Part shown: piece after piece, positions 26,530 to 41,327 of the stretch
How positions within the stretch are numbered: position 1 is the first letter of the stretch
Layout of the letters: each line of letters begins with the position of its first letter
Source of the DNA: Octopus vulgaris
Lineage: Eukaryota
Length of the DNA: 64,000 nt
NCBI GenBank assembly: GCA_951406725.2
Contig: OX597815.1
Location: 62,372,001-62,436,000, forward strand
Direction: 5' to 3'
Notes under the pieces: model-generated
Databases searched by the model: none
Seen by the model: the letters and a program-made list of their open reading frames with translations, nothing else
Told to the model about the DNA's origin: nothing
Translations under genes and position numbers: made by a program

Positions 26530-26650
26530 TCATGACGTATCAGCCAATAGATTAACGTCAATGCCCTTGGTTGCTATGGCAACCTATGCAGTTGTTGTAA
26601 AAGAGACGCCATAATCAACACAGCCATAATTGGTGGGAGGGGGTGCGTTA
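26530..26650. promoter_or_regulatory. Candidate regulatory island with an RFX X-box
   Basis: Near-palindromic GTTGCTATGGCAAC at 26570-26583, CCAAT at 26544 and CRE-like half sites TGACGT and ACGTCA nearby. Confidence 0.45.
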
Positions 26651-27229
26651 TTCTTTTTCTCTCCCTCTCTTTCTCTAACCTCTCAACCTACCCATTTCCC
26701 TGTCAGGTAAAATTATTATTATGATCTTAGTGAAATCCATATTTGCTTAAATAAATATAACAATTTTTCCACGACAAAATAATTCAACAGAAATTGGCTC
26801 CTTAAAACAGGGGCGCATAAAAGGGGAAAACCCTCTTCTGTCAGCTCCTGGTTAGTGTCACGATAAAATGATCAAGAATGCATGATGTTTAAAACCCTCC
26901 TTAAAGCAATAGTAGCAATAATTTGATGAACAGTACAGTGACATAATCATAATATTGATGATGATAATGATAATGACGATTTCTTTTATTCGCTATACGG
27001 ACGTCCGATGGGTGGAATTTTAAAAGAGCAGGTTGCAATTTGAGTGGGAATTTGCACAAAGCCGGTGAGGCGCAAGATTATTAGAGAAAATTATCCATCG
27101 AGGACAAAATGTGTTAATCAAGAGCAGTCCTACTTATATAAGAGAACCTTTAACTGAGACCAGTCAAGGAACTTCACAAATACTCTGACTACAAAAGACA
27201 CGAGCTCTCACTCGATCGTTGTTCTTCAA

Positions 27230-27960
27230 TCTATATGTGTATGTTTAGAGTCCGTTTTCTCTTTAGTCATCCACATTTTCACGAATTCGCTGGGAGAGAG
27301 AGCATTTCCCAACGCACAATTACTTTCGCCTTGCCACCAGACAGAGTAATGTTGCTTAGCTTTGTTAAAGGAGGGCGGCAAGTCGATATTCACAATGGAT
27401 TCGTCTTGATCGTTCCTGCACGCGACAATAGTTGTTCGACATAACTTCAATGTATGAGTGCATGAAGTATAATTTAATCGTTCAGCGTGAATCTCGGACA
27501 GACACCGTTTGTGAAGTTTGTGTGCTAGCTGAGTTCTTTTCAAATCATCGGTCATCTTGTCATAGTACTAGCAGGTCAAGAATTTCTTGAATTATCTGTA
27601 GCTGTTTCTCAGAAGGTCTCCGGAACTGGCTAGTCGGATGATTCTTGTCCACGGCTAGACTACTCAGAGGATATCGACGCTCTTCCAACCTTTGAGAATG
27701 CTAACGTGGATACTGAAGTGGCTACATGAGAGAAATATGGCTGTCGAAGGGCAACCCCATCTGCTCATCGTCAAGGAATCTCTTTAAGAGCTACAGCTTC
27801 AATGCTTGTCGAAGTATCATCATCCATTGCATAATTATTACGCTGTGCATGAAATGTTGATTCCAAAAGATGCAGAAAACTACTGATGTAGGGCCCAAAA
27901 CTCCATTAGCGTCTCCTGTACGCTCTGCGTTCGAAACGTTGATCCATCAGCTGCTATAAA
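27230..27960 (-). mobile_element. Possible Gypsy gag remnant
   Basis: Broken minus-strand frames give LESTFHAQR and LDDEQMG, loosely like invertebrate Gypsy gag motifs. The match is weak. Confidence 0.3.
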
Positions 27961-28389
27961 TTCGCATAGATTTTCTCGGAATCAAACAGCATTCATTTGT
28001 CCTTGTTCGTCAAATACTGAATTGTGCCTTTTATTTATTCATGTATTTGTTTATTTGTTTGTTTATTGCAATGTCACGCCTCTTTCACTAGGGCCGCCAA
28101 ACTCTATTCCTTCCTTCGTGTTGTAACGCATGCGTCTTAACTCTGCCAATGCAACCTTTGCGTTTCACATTGAAGACATAGCTGATGGATGTTCTAACCG
28201 TTAGTTCATCCATAGCGATATACTTCTTAAAACAACTCTTCCCCCACCATGCCTCCCTATCTCTATCTCTCTCTCTCTCATCGATTTTGCTCGATCGTTA
28301 CTTCGTTTCTAAATATTTTCTTTTTATTCGTGATGTCTTCCATCAAAAACTCGATGTACCCAATCAATTTCAATGATAGCCATCAGTGT

Positions 28390-28468
<79 letters not shown>

Positions 28469-29854
28469 ATATATGTATGCATGTATTTATTTGTTTATAC
28501 CACTGAAAAAAATTGATGCTATGGATCTTCATCCAAGAAAAATTCATTTCAGTAGTGATTCACGAGGACGCCAAAAGAATTTCGGGCTTCTTGAGCCTTG
28601 TTAAGGATATGTAACCGCTTATCACATGTGTAGACGATATCTATCACCTTTGATAAACTGTAATCAATAAATAATACATTCAATGATATTGCGAATAACG
28701 GCCGAGCTGAATAAAACTCGGTGTACTATTGAAAGTACTATTTAAATTAAAATAGACATCTTTGTATCATACTTAAAGTACATGGATCATTGAGATCATG
28801 GGTTTGTAGATTTTGGTCCGAAAGAAAATCTCTTCATAGACATTGCATTCTCTTGAATCCTTGTCGGGGCAGTATTTCGTCACGCTCCTATATATATATA
28901 GTACTTTTAGCTCAACACATCGGGTGACAATCCACAGCATCACGCCCCTCAAAGAGCATATAAGTTAAACGCAATACATACACGGTTATTTTATTTTAAT
29001 GTTTTCTTTTCATTTTGCTTACACTGAATTTCTGTGATGTTTCTGATAACAACAAGTGAAGTTGATGGAATTTGATATTCCGTGTCTTAAATTGTTGATA
29101 CTGATGCAGTTTTTGTTACTCCTGTTTGAATTTTTGCTGTGGTTGTTTTCTTTTTTGTTTTCGTGCTTGTGTTTCCTAGAGTTTTATATTTTTTTTGTGT
29201 TTGTTGCAGATCTGGCGATAGTAGTTATTTCTGCTGAGGTGGTAATCTCAAAAGCGACCTCAAAAGCTAAAGAATTACGCCCTCTTTTAGCATTTAAACT
29301 GAAGAATGGGTTTATCAGCCCTTTTGTAATCGATACACAAACATTTCTGTTGAGTTATTGATAAATTAACAATAAAGATAGACATAGACATGTTCCAGAA
29401 AACAGTCATCCTGGAGTTTGTTAATCATTGTTAGGATATTCTCACTCATCGTTTATTAGTCTTGAACATTATTCATCACCTTCAATATCTTTGTTAACTT
29501 TAAACCTTTATATTGTCCAAAAAGAACCTAATCTTGTTTAAGAAAGGAAATATTGATGTATTTCTCAAACATTGACTAATAAAAAAGATATCTTTCATAT
29601 TATGACGAGAGCAAAGAATGAGGGGCATTACAAAACAGAGAAAACCTTTTACAACTGAAGAAGGTTTGGTGACGAAACGAGGGCGTAGAATACAGTATTT
29701 GGGATGTAGCTGATTGAATGCCTTACTAAACCTGTGCAAGTGAAACTCTGGACCAAGACCTTCTGGAAGATGTCCGTAATACCGTCCAAAAGTCCTCCAC
29801 AAGGCAATGCTTAGGTTGTCCTCATCGAAGGACAAACGACAGAATTTATTTATT

Positions 29855-30315
29855 ATTTTGAATTTTCATAAAATTTTCGCGAATTTGTGTTCCACAGTAC
29901 ATACTGGAATTCATACGATTATGAAAAAAAAATTAATTTTTTTAACTCCTCCATCCCATAAATCCTAAAAGTTCCACTCTCTGTCGAATTAAAAAAGAAT
30001 CAGTGATTAAAGTACGAAAATCCAAACTTTTTTCTCCTTAAACCACAGCAATGGACGACACTTGGGTGCATCACCATTCTATTAAATGTGCTGATGAGGA
30101 GGAAAAGATTGAAAAACATAATATATGTCAGAGTAATAATGAAACGAGGAAGGTATAAGGTGGTCGTGAGTTGTGCTAAAAATAACAGTTAAATCATCCT
30201 TAAATCACACAGAAAAAATCTTTTTTTTTTCATAATCGTATGAATTCTCGTGTGTAGTACACAAACTTGCAAAAATTTTCGGAAAATTCCAAAGAAATGA
30301 AAATGCTACGAGGGG
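29855..30315. repeat. Inverted repeat pair of about 85 bp (MITE-like)
   Basis: GAATTTTC..AAAATTTT..TTTGTGT..GAATTCATACGATTATGAAAAAAAA (29860-29935) is inverted at about 30220-30295. Confidence 0.7.
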
Positions 30316-30819
30316 TCATATGGGTAGCTTAAACCAGAATTCCGCCGAACAAACATCAGAATATTGTCATTCAGGTTACCTACCACTATACGTTTATTCA
30401 ACGTTTATGTTGATGTTCTTTGGATTGCATTACACAATGGGGGGGGGCAGTGGTTGGAAACAATTGATGAGACTATTCCATGGAGGATTGGTTACCTGGT
30501 TTCTTTTAATATCTGTCCATGTACGTTGTTGGGGAAGAAAACAAATAATCATTCTGGGCAAGTAACAGTCAACAGTGGGTCACTCCAGTGGTTGCTTGTT
30601 AAATTTCTTTCCCGGAAAGATTCCAACATTATATGGGAACCTTCTGATTATTATAAATAGGTCTTATTAATATAGACCTGTCTATAATAATTAGAAATGT
30701 CTCACCTAGTGTTCGACTAAAATGCTTCCGCACTCCTTCTCTTTATAGTGTGTAGTTTTAGGCGTATTTACTTCATCAGTACATTGCTTTATTTTCAACG
30801 AAGACAACGATGACAATTA

Positions 30820-31025
30820 ATCCTTTCTACTATAGACACGAGGGCTGCAATTTTCGAGGAGGGGAAAGTCGATTACATCGACCTCAGTACTCGACTAGTA
30901 CATATTTCATCAAGCCCGAAACAATGAAAGCTAGGGCCGACCTCAGCGAAATTTGAACTCAGAACGTAAGGACGGACAAAATGCTATTGTCCAGCATGCT
31001 AACGATTCTGCCCTCACGCCACCTT
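30820..31025 (-). mobile_element. SINE family A, diverged
   Basis: AAGTCGATTACATCGACC..GACCTCAGCGAAATTTGAACTCAGAACG. Confidence 0.8.
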
Positions 31026-32009
31026 AAAAGATGAAATAATTATGATTATCAACATCGCCAATCATCGTCATTATCACCATCAGCAACATCATCTTCATTA
31101 TTATCGTCCTCCTCCTCCTCATCATCAACATCAACATCATCTTTTTCGCAATCATCATCATCATCACTCTCCCACGTTACGTCGTCGCCAATGGCATCAA
31201 GGTCAATCGCTATCGATTTCACGTATATTCACACCGGCCATCTATCATACCCACTCCCAAGCTAACATAGAAGCTATCACTCACAGAGGAAGGAAAACAA
31301 CCCCTCCTCCTACACCACCACTGCCACTACTTCGTCACGAACTCCGCATCCTTCTTCTCTTTTCCCTCCCACCATATTAGACTGGAAGTCACGCATACTG
31401 AAGTGGTAACTGACCTGTCACAACTTGTCTCACACCCTATCTATTAACACATATACTGATAAACTAACACACACACATTCACACGCGCACAAACACAGAC
31501 ACACTTACACAGGCACACTCACACAAACACACATACATATACATACTCTCTATCTCATATTCCCTTCACACAGAGACAAGGTCAAAGACTCACCTACACT
31601 TCAACTTTCAGACACGCACACACAAACACTTATACATACAAATTTGTACGCTTACACTCACGCACTCACACATGCACGCACGCACACACATGCACACTCA
31701 CGCACACACAGACGTACATACATACAATTATGCAAACTCGCATATACACACGTACGCAAAAATATACACACCACAGGGAAACACTTATTGATGCAAGCAT
31801 TTATGTTAACATACGCTCCGGCTAAATCGTACGTTGCTTCTGTACATTTATACGTGTGTGTGTTTGTGTGTGTGTGTGTGTATGCATTAACGCATATATG
31901 AATAGATGGATGTTTCTGCGTATGTATGTATGTATGTATGTATGTATGTATGTATGTATGTATGTATGTATGTACTTAAGTATGTACGTATATATATTTC
32001 AACTTGGTT

Positions 32010-32480
<471 letters not shown>

Positions 32481-32504
32481 AAACTCGAAACTAGATGCTT
32501 GAAA

Positions 32505-32997
32505 ATTCTTTTCTACTCTAGGCACAAGGTCCGAAATTTTGTGGGAGGGAGCCAGTCGATTAGATTGACAACTAAAGGATGAAAGGCAAAGTTTATTTCG
32601 GCGGAATTTGAATTCAGAACGAAAAAACGGACGAAATACCTATTTCTTTATTACCCACAAGGGGCTAAACACAGAGGGGACAAACAAGGACAGACATAGG
32701 TATTATGTTGATTACATCGACCCCAGTGCGTAACTGGTACTTAATTTATCGACCCCGAAAGGATGAAAGGCAAAGTCGACCTCGGCGGAATTTGAACTCA
32801 CAACGTAACGCAGACGAAATACCGCTAAGCATTTTGCCCGGCGTGCTAACGTTTCTTATTTCTTTATTGCCCACATGGGGCTAAACATAGAGGGGACAAA
32901 CAAGGACAGACAAAGGGATTAAGTCGATTACATCGACATCAGTGCGTAACTGGTACTTAATTTATCGACCCCGAAAGGATGAAAGGAGTGCTAAACT
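32505..32997 (-). mobile_element. SINE family A trimeric/nested composite
   Basis: Three consecutive units with junctions at about 32640 and 32855. Confidence 0.88.
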
Positions 32998-33059
32998 CAA
33001 CAACAAGATAATTTTGTAAGCTTTCTCCCCAGATCTGTGTACTTCGAAATCCCGTTCCA

Positions 33060-33345
33060 AAATCCCATACAGAGCAGCGCCGCTTAATCTCCTTGGTAAG
33101 CCACACCAGCTGTTCAAAAAACTACTAAATTTCCTCTCCAGAGTTTCCTCAGTTGACATGCTGACATCATATAATGACAGAGGCCACAAAATCATGGGCA
33201 GTATGGTATGCTGGTATATTGAAGCTTTGAAGCGACCTGGTAATCCAGGTTTGTCGACCTCAATAAGCCATTTTTGAAGGGTTTCGCTGGTTCTGCAAAT
33301 GGAATCTGTATCCACCAGGAAGCTGTCAAAAATATCCACCCACCC
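33060..33345 (-). mobile_element. HERO/R2-type non-LTR retrotransposon fragment (post-RT region)
   Basis: LQKWLIEVDKPGLPGRFKASIYQHTILPMILWPLSLYDVSMSTEETLERKFSSFLNSWCGLPRRLSGAALYG, a segment recalled as typical of HERO-clade elements. Confidence 0.75.
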
Positions 33346-35061
33346 ATGCTCTTGACTAGCTATTGTCATGGTTAGAATGGCAGTACCGGACAAAGTGAAA
33401 CGAAGCTCCTCCACCACAAGGGACCTCGACTTTTATACCTCGCAAGAATTTTGAAAATTCAAGAGAATGTGAAATAATACTTTTTGGACATGCAGACAAG
33501 CACACACAGACACATACATACACACACACACAAGCACATACATGCACATATATATCCACATACATACATACATACTTACATACATATAGTTTAATTATAG
33601 CTTCACTGAAAGTTTCGTAGGCTTGTCTATCGAACTTATCTCGTCCAAAGAATCAGGCTCGATGGACGAGCCAACGAAATTCTAAGTTGCATCAAACTTT
33701 TATTAAATAAATAATCCATGTGACTTCTACCGAATGTGTTCAGCGCCGCTTTCTTTCGTTTGTTCACTCACTCGTATTTACACACACACACACATTCACA
33801 CATTTGTATGCATACATATATGCAAACGTACAAGCTTACTGTCCTCCTCCCCACACACTCACATCATCTCCACAACATCTTACAAGGTGTCCAACCTCTT
33901 CTCCAATACGTAATGTTTCAATACCGCCTCATCTACGAGACACACCTCCCTCCCTTGCCATCAACCTCCAAGTAACGCTTTCTCCATATTTCGCCAATCT
34001 CCTCCCTGTCGCTCCATTGCCATCCAATCCCTCCATGCCTCACCATTCAATATATCATCCATCGATGCCAATATTGATCCCATTCAACCATCCATCCATC
34101 CATGTATCGATAGATCGATCTATCTCTGCCATTCCAAACACGGTACAGCCTCAAACCAATTTATCGTCTGCATCGTCACAGAACGTTCTTCAGACATCTT
34201 CTGCAATCAATCTTGTGAACATCTCCACCTTGACCCCACGTCCCCCTACCTTCTGACCTATCAACCACCACCTCCATCCTTCGCCCGTGTTGTATATCGA
34301 TTTATCTCAGCGATCTTTTAGAGATCGAAGCATTCAATTCGAACGTTTGATGGACGAATGTGTTTTTTTTTTATCGCCACCTCTCTCTCCCTCTATTTCA
34401 TCACCATTCTCTCCGTCTCTTTGCGGCTTTCACACTCTTTCTTTCTCGCACTCTCACTCTCTCCCTTTCTCTTTTTCTCTCTCGTTTATCTTTATTTCAC
34501 CATCTAGCTTTATCTTATTTCTTGTTTTCTTTCTTTTCCTAATAATCTCCCCTATCACAATCACCACTATCGCACGCACACCACCACCAACACCAAAATC
34601 ATCATTACCATCGTCGTCAACGCCGTTATAGTCGTCAACACAATTTAACGTCTTCTTCTTTTCCTTATTTTTCGTTTCTTTTCTTTCCTTCCTTTTCCTT
34701 TTTCTTTTCTTTTCTTTTTCTATTTCAGCTCTTTCTTCTTTCTCGTCGTTTTCCTTTACGTCTCTTTTTTTACTTTTACTTCTTTTCTTCTCCTCTTCCG
34801 CCTCCTCTTTCACTTCCACTCCATATTCCTCTCCAACACATTCCCCTCTCTTCCACTTGTCCCACCCATTCCCCTCCCCTACCTACTACCCTCTATACAT
34901 CCTTCTTACCCTACCCCCATCACTACCGCCATGTTTAAAGTCCCACTCTGGCCGTTCGACATTTTGATGTTTTACTTCAAAGGAAATCGGAATACGCTGT
35001 GATGTTATTAAAGAGGCGGAGCAAGAAGTGGACGAGAAAGTAGTAGTAGTAGTAGTAGTAA

Positions 35062-35119
<58 letters not shown>

Positions 35120-35357
35120 TGTAGCTGTAGCAGCAGTAGTTGTAATAGTAGTAATAGTAAAAGTAGAAAAATAACCACATGAAGAAACCAATACGACAAC
35201 TGCAGCAACACCAGTTCCACGAACCTATATTGATAAAAATAAATAAATAAATATATAAATAATGGCAGAATAAAGAACAAGTCTGAAAATACAAAACGAA
35301 TGAAAAGAACTAAAATATAAAAGAAAAGAATTAAAAAAATGAAGAAGGCGGGGAGAA

Positions 35358-35391
<34 letters not shown>

Positions 35392-36067
35392 GGTGGTGGT
35401 GATAGCGGCGGCGGCGGTGGTGGTGGTGGTGGTGGTGGAAGGCGCAATGATGATGATCACGATGATGAGGATGACGACAGCGACACGACTACGATGACGA
35501 TCACGATGAAAGAAAGCAAGAAGGAAAGGAATAAAGAAAGAAAGAAAAAAAGAAGGAAAGAAAGAAAGAAAGAAATGCATTATGAACGAAGACAGACAAA
35601 AAAACTGAAAAAAATGTCAGTAAAAATAGAAAAGGAAAATTACAAAAAACAAACAAAACAAAAACCAACCAAAACGACAGAAGTAGGTGCAAAGGGAGGT
35701 AAGTGATGGGAAGACAGTCTTGAATGATGAGTCACAGTGTCAAACAGGAAGTTGAAATATGTCAGTATTCATGTTTCAGTTATTTCTATTTTCATTACTA
35801 GTAGCAATACTACTACTACTACTACTACTAGGTGAGTGATGCAATTATTCCTTGAAGTTCCTCAGGTGTTACAGGTGTTTGTGATTTTGTAGAGCTCGAG
35901 GATGTTGAGTGTCGGTTTTCTAGTGTTTGATGCAAAAAGAAGATCGACGTGATGAGCCTAGATAGAAAACTTCATCTGGTTTTTAAATCGGCGAGATTTG
36001 AACTCAGAATATTGTGATACGAAAATAATACTGCAAGTTACACACCTATACAATGTTTTATATTTAA

Positions 36068-36628
36068 CCCTGCAGCATTTAAACCAGTCATATTAGGCCC
36101 AAACATTCTGCCTGTTTTATCTTCAAAGCGCTAAGATACGGCCGCTCATACCAACACCACAATGTCATTCTTTCGATATGCAATTCTTTCGATAGGCAAT
36201 TGATATGCAATCGCATCATCGAAATCTCGGGGCTGAGAGATTATGACTGATTAATTTAAAAAGAGTGGAAGCACATGGCCTGGTGGTTAGAGCAGCGGAC
36301 TCGCAGTCGAGGGATCGCGGGTTCGAATCTCAGACCGGGCGATGTGTGTGTTTATGAGCGAAACACCTAAGCTCCACGCGGCTCCGGCAGAAGGTAATGG
36401 CAAACTTCTGCTGAACCTTTCGCCACAACTTTCTCTCACTCTTTCCTCTTGCATCTTGCAGCTCACCTGTGACGGACGGGCATCCCGTCCAGGTGGGGAA
36501 CCTATACGCCAAGGAAACCGGGAAACCGGCCCTTATGAGCCAAGCATAGCTCTAGAAGGAACAAACAATTTAAAAAGAATGTAAAAATTAAGCATCACAT
36601 TTGACAGAGTAATCTGAATGCTAAAGAG
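36068..36628. mobile_element. piggyBac-type MITE containing a SINE insertion
   Basis: TTAA-CCCT..AGAG-TTAA ends. The internal sequence matches the uninterrupted copy at 56305-56525. Confidence 0.8.
36265..36566 (+). mobile_element. SINE family C (tRNA-derived), full length
   Basis: A-box TGGCCTGGTGG, B-box GGTTCGAATCT and tail AACAAACAA. A 12-bp TSD AATTTAAAAAGA lies at 36253-36264 and 36567-36578. Confidence 0.92.
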
Positions 36629-36959
36629 TTAAAAGTTTAATTTCGAAGTCGTGTTTTATGAGTGAATTTGCTGTCGACTTGTTGGTCTGATTCTTTAAGT
36701 GAAAGAGCAGTGTCTGAGGAAACTGAAGGGGACCGATATTATCGGTTAAAACATCACAAACTCCATGAATAACACGCTCGCATCGTAATCACGTGATTCC
36801 AGACCCCACTGCATGACATCTTGGATGGTCTTTTACTATGCTCTCAGCTCAACCCGAGCCTTGGTGAAACTGGGCCGAGATAAACTACATGAATGTCCGT
36901 CTGACCGATTGTCCAGTCTTGTTACACTCTATGCCAAGTTACTTTTACTTGTGTCTGTG

Positions 36960-37380
36960 CAATATTCGGCCACATACATGCCAATTCAAAGTAGTTCAGT
37001 TGATCGAACAACTGATTACTCCTCGCTAATAGTTTACATCCACCTCTTCGCATTTTATCCCTTTAATGTTTTCTCATCAACACCCCAGTACAGTTATATT
37101 TCTCATTTCTCAGTATATAATTATTTTACAAAATTTGCTATACACGCCCATTTAGCGTGTACTCCTATTTCCCCCTCATCCACCCCCGGAGTAGATACTC
37201 TCAGTTCTTTTGTGGACTCGTCAGAGACGAAGGAGTTAGTTCCAAAACATCACATTCCTCTTCTTCCCGCAGCTTATGAACTTATTCCAAACTCACCAAA
37301 TATATTGTGTTGCTTTAGGTTGTTTGTCTCGTAATAATAAAGTTTGCCTGTTGGTTGAGTAGTCCATGTTCTTACTTTCT
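36960..37380 (+). mobile_element. Probable Penelope-like 3' remnant
   Basis: Contains the decayed hammerhead-like motif GACGA-A-GGA-gttagt-TCC-AAAA-CATC at about 37224-37251. Confidence 0.4.
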
Positions 37381-38233
37381 GTAAAGTGATTTATTGCTTA
37401 AGTCAATCTACAGCTGTTCTAACAAAGAGCAAAAATTGTATGGATGTGACCAGTTTGATCACAGTGTCTACGCTTATAATTGAGACGTTATTGACATCGG
37501 TGAACGGTAATTCTGTCTCGTCTTCATCGGATAGATTTATATTTGTTGAAGTGTTCGCGATGTGTCTATGAAGACTAGAGATAGATAGTAGGAAAAATGA
37601 TGGGAGGGGTGTCAATTGTTTATGGTAGCTAGGTGTGTGTGTGTGTGAGTGTGTGTGTGTGTTTTGTGTTGAGATATTCCTACCTTCTGTGTTTTGTGTG
37701 CAAAAAATTACTTTCCATGAACGTCATCATTCTCGCAACGTTCCATCCATAACCACGCTATCATTTCTTTCAAGCGTAAGGTTTTCGTACAAATTATTTT
37801 GTTATGTGAGTATAGGTATTGGTCCTTTCGAGTTGTTAGTGATAGAGCAGAAATCAGTATCACTGGTCTTTATTTGTTTAGTTAAGATTATTTTAGAATC
37901 CCAGACTTGGACACATTTTCCCCAAGAATGGGACGCTTGCTCATAACAAACATCTCGCGGGAAGAATTAGATCTGTTACTATAAGGCAGGAAGCCTTTAC
38001 TTTCTGCAATTTGCTATCACTTAGTAATACCTTCTTAGAGATTGAACTCTCATCGTTGGCAATGAAGTGTTTCTTCAAAGACACGTGCATAACCATCGAA
38101 ATCACACGAATTCAACGAATATCATATGTTGTTCCAAAGTCAAACCAATGAATGGGTTTCTAAGAAGACGTCCTGATTATGTAGAAACAGCAACCAATAA
38201 CTGTTTTAAAAATGGATAGCATACTGAATAATG

Positions 38234-38498
38234 TAGGGGCACATGGCCTAGTGGTTAGAGCAACGGAATCGCGGTGGAGGAATCGCGGGTTCGAATCTCA
38301 GACCGGGTGATGTGTGTGTTTATGAGCGAAACACCTAAGCTCCACGCGGTTCCGGCAGAAGGTAATGGCGAACTTCAGCTGACTCTTTCGTCACAACTTT
38401 CTTTTACTCTTTCCTCCTGTATCTTGCAGCTCACCTGCGACGGACGGGTGTCCCGTCCAAGTGGGGAACCTATACGTCAAGGAAACCGGGAACAAACA
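38234..38498 (+). mobile_element. SINE family C
   Basis: Matches 36265-36566. A 13-bp TSD ATACTGAATAATG lies at 38221-38233 and 38499-38511. Confidence 0.92.
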
Positions 38499-38724
38499 AT
38501 ACTGAATAATGGTAGTCCTGCTGAATACATGAGGGAAGAAAGAAGCCTAAACATAATCACAACAAGGATGTCAGTCGGACGATACGTTTGGTGATAGAAG
38601 GATATGAGAGTTAAGCATAAAAGAAATCAGAAGAGGGTGGGTTAGATAACAACAACAAGAATACAGTGACAATGATGATGACAATTATACTGCAGCTGCT
38701 ACAACAACAACAACAACAACAACA

Positions 38725-38785
<61 letters not shown>

Positions 38786-38850
38786 TTACTACTACTACTG
38801 CTTCTGTTGCTGCTGTTACTGTTGCTGTTGGTGCTGTTGGTGGTGCTGCT

Positions 38851-38884
<34 letters not shown>

Positions 38885-39597
38885 CTGCTGTTTCCGCTGC
38901 TTTTGCTGCTGCTGCTATTATAGCAGCTTCTGCTGATGTTGTCACCATCACCAGTACTAATTCTATCAGTAACTCAAGATTTTGTTCTCTGGGTCAGAGG
39001 TCAATACGTTATTGAAGCAATGGCGGTTCTACTGTATGACAATGGCGGCAATAAAAGAAACGTGTTTTATTTTATTTATGATATTTTTGTAAGAATAAAG
39101 TACATGCGAACTCTTTGTAATTCAATGGTAATATTGTCGATGTGGTGGAGTGGTGGTCGTGGGGGCTATAGAGTGTTTGATGACAGTAGTGGTGGTGGTG
39201 GTGGTGTTATTGTTGGTTGTTGTGGGGACGGTAATATTAGTGGTGATGTCGGAGTGGTGTGATGGCAGTCGGGAAGATTGTCGTTAAGACTGAGTGCACG
39301 CGCGCGCATATGTATGTGTAGATGTGAGAGTATGCATGCGCGTGGGGTGGGGGAGGATATGACCTTGTGTTAATGAAAGCACAAAACGGTTGGTACGGTT
39401 GTTGTGACGGCAGAATGCTAATGGTGGCGGTGGTGATAGCAAGGTGGTTGTAATATAACCTTGAGATAATATGAAGAACCAATCGTTGTGTTGGTGGTTG
39501 TGATCGTGTTAGTGGTAGTGGCAATGGTGGTGTTGTTGCTGGTAATGGTGGTGGTGGTGAGGGTAAAGATGTAATAACAAGTGTTGAAATGGTTTTA

Positions 39598-39632
<35 letters not shown>

Positions 39633-39720
39633 ATAGTAGTAGTAGTAACAACAGCAGCACTAACAGCATCAACCGGGTTATTAGTAGTAAAATATAAATA
39701 GATATGCATATATAAATAAA

Positions 39721-40610
39721 CTAGAAAACGCACCCGTCCTTTGGACGGTTTAAGTTGCTTTGGTGGTCATTTTTTCACCAAATAATTGAACTACCGAGAA
39801 GGTTTATGAGTAGCACGGCAATCTATGTTTCCGATTAACCTAGGAACAGAAAAGCAAATTGAAGGCTGGTTGTTGTGGAGGTCTTTGCACTTTAATGATC
39901 ATAGAACATATAAGTTTGCAAGTGATGCAAAGTAGAGCTACTGAAATGTTTTGGGAGTAGATTACAGAAAATGACTACAAAATATAGTTGTTTTACATGA
40001 AAGCGAAATTTCTTGTCAGAAGAAGCAACATGAATGGTGTAAGGAAATTGAAGGAAAACATTGAAACTTCCCCTCTGCGAGTTTATTTTATTCAACAGCA
40101 AAGGGAGCTATCTTTTCAGAGGGAAGTATGATCGGTACATTAAAAAATGGCAATATAATACTTACTTGAAAAAGTAGAGTTCAAGGAATGTATTTGCTAC
40201 GTGCTTACTGTGTACCACCACTCTGAAATTGACTTCAGGTAACGATAAATGAAGACATGAAGAGTTTGACATCAGTTCTCAAATACTGCTTTGAATCTGT
40301 AGCAGTTTGCTGTGAAAAACTGTCGCGTTCGAAATATCATAATGGGTGGGTAAATAAGCATTCTTAAAGTGAAAAAATGCATTGGTAGGTAAACAAGGGT
40401 ATCAACAAATACAAGCGAGGGAAGGGAACATCACCTTTCAAGTACCTCAGAATAGGTAAAGGGTAAGCTTGCCAATGCAGTTTAAATATGGAGATTAAGA
40501 TTGTTTGGTATTGGATATTCATCGTGTACAGTGTTCCTAGTCAATTGAATCACCGTTGCAGGTGGACAGTCGAAATAAATTAATAGACACAATCTTTTCC
40601 TTTTATAATA
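39721..40610 (-). mobile_element. Helitron-like non-autonomous element
   Basis: 3' terminal CTAG (39721-39724) with a GC-rich hairpin CCGTCC-ttt-GGACGG about 10 nt inside. The far end reads TTTTATAATA. Confidence 0.7.
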
Positions 40611-41095
40611 TCCTCTAACTAAATAATAATACACAATTGCAACATATAAATAAATAATAAATAAAAACTATGAAAACCACTAAAAAATATTCTCTAATGC
40701 CAATATATGACCATGTAGATTAAAAAATATGGAAGATCCTACATAAAAAATGTACGTACATACAACGAATTAGAGAAAAAACCCGTGCAAACCACAGTTT
40801 CCCCCGGTTTGTCCATTTACGCGGGAGCTCTGGGCAAAGTGTTATAGTGCATTACCATCCTTGGGACATAAGTAATACGTGTGTATAGTTTGGTGAAAAT
40901 CGGTTGGGAATTGTGGAAAAGCATGCACTTGTGAGTGTGTATACTTACATATATATTTCTGTGTCAGTTTCTGTCTGCTTGTCGCTCCTTCTCTCTCACT
41001 TTCTGTCTGTCTGTCTGTTTCTCTGTATATACACAAACATACACGCACACGCACATATATGTGTATATATGTATATATATGTGTGTGTGCGCGCG

Positions 41096-41127
<32 letters not shown>

Positions 41128-41178
41128 AATCTGTAAATAAACAGACTGGAAATGGTAGTCGAGTACTCCAGCTGCTTC

Positions 41179-41327
41179 AAAAGCACATTAGATGCGTCTA
41201 ACGTAACATTATGTGTCTTGTAACCGTCCGGTGTACATTTTCATCACACTGTTTAGTTAATGAAAAAGTATACAGGACAGTCACAAAGCTTTCGAAATAT
41301 AACGTTAGATGCACCGGATGTGCTTTG
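41179..41327. repeat. Fold-back element of about 150 bp
   Basis: AAAGCACATTAGATGCGTCTAACGT pairs with ACGTTAGATGCACCGGATGTGCTTT, and the inner arms are also partly complementary. Confidence 0.7.

Noticed and set aside
29655-29690. CTGAAGA..GAAACG..CGTA resembling a hammerhead
   Set aside because: Stem II has only about 2 bp and stem I does not pair, so it is likely chance.
29480-30640. Possible Tc1 transposase traces around the inverted repeat
   Set aside because: The similarity is too weak to call without a profile search.
33720-34256. 178-aa P/S-rich ORF
   Set aside because: Low-complexity C-rich sequence with no recognisable domain.
36265-36340. tRNA-like sequence (also at 38234)
   Set aside because: It is the head of a SINE with body, tail and TSD. 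No proper acceptor stem or T-run terminator is evident.
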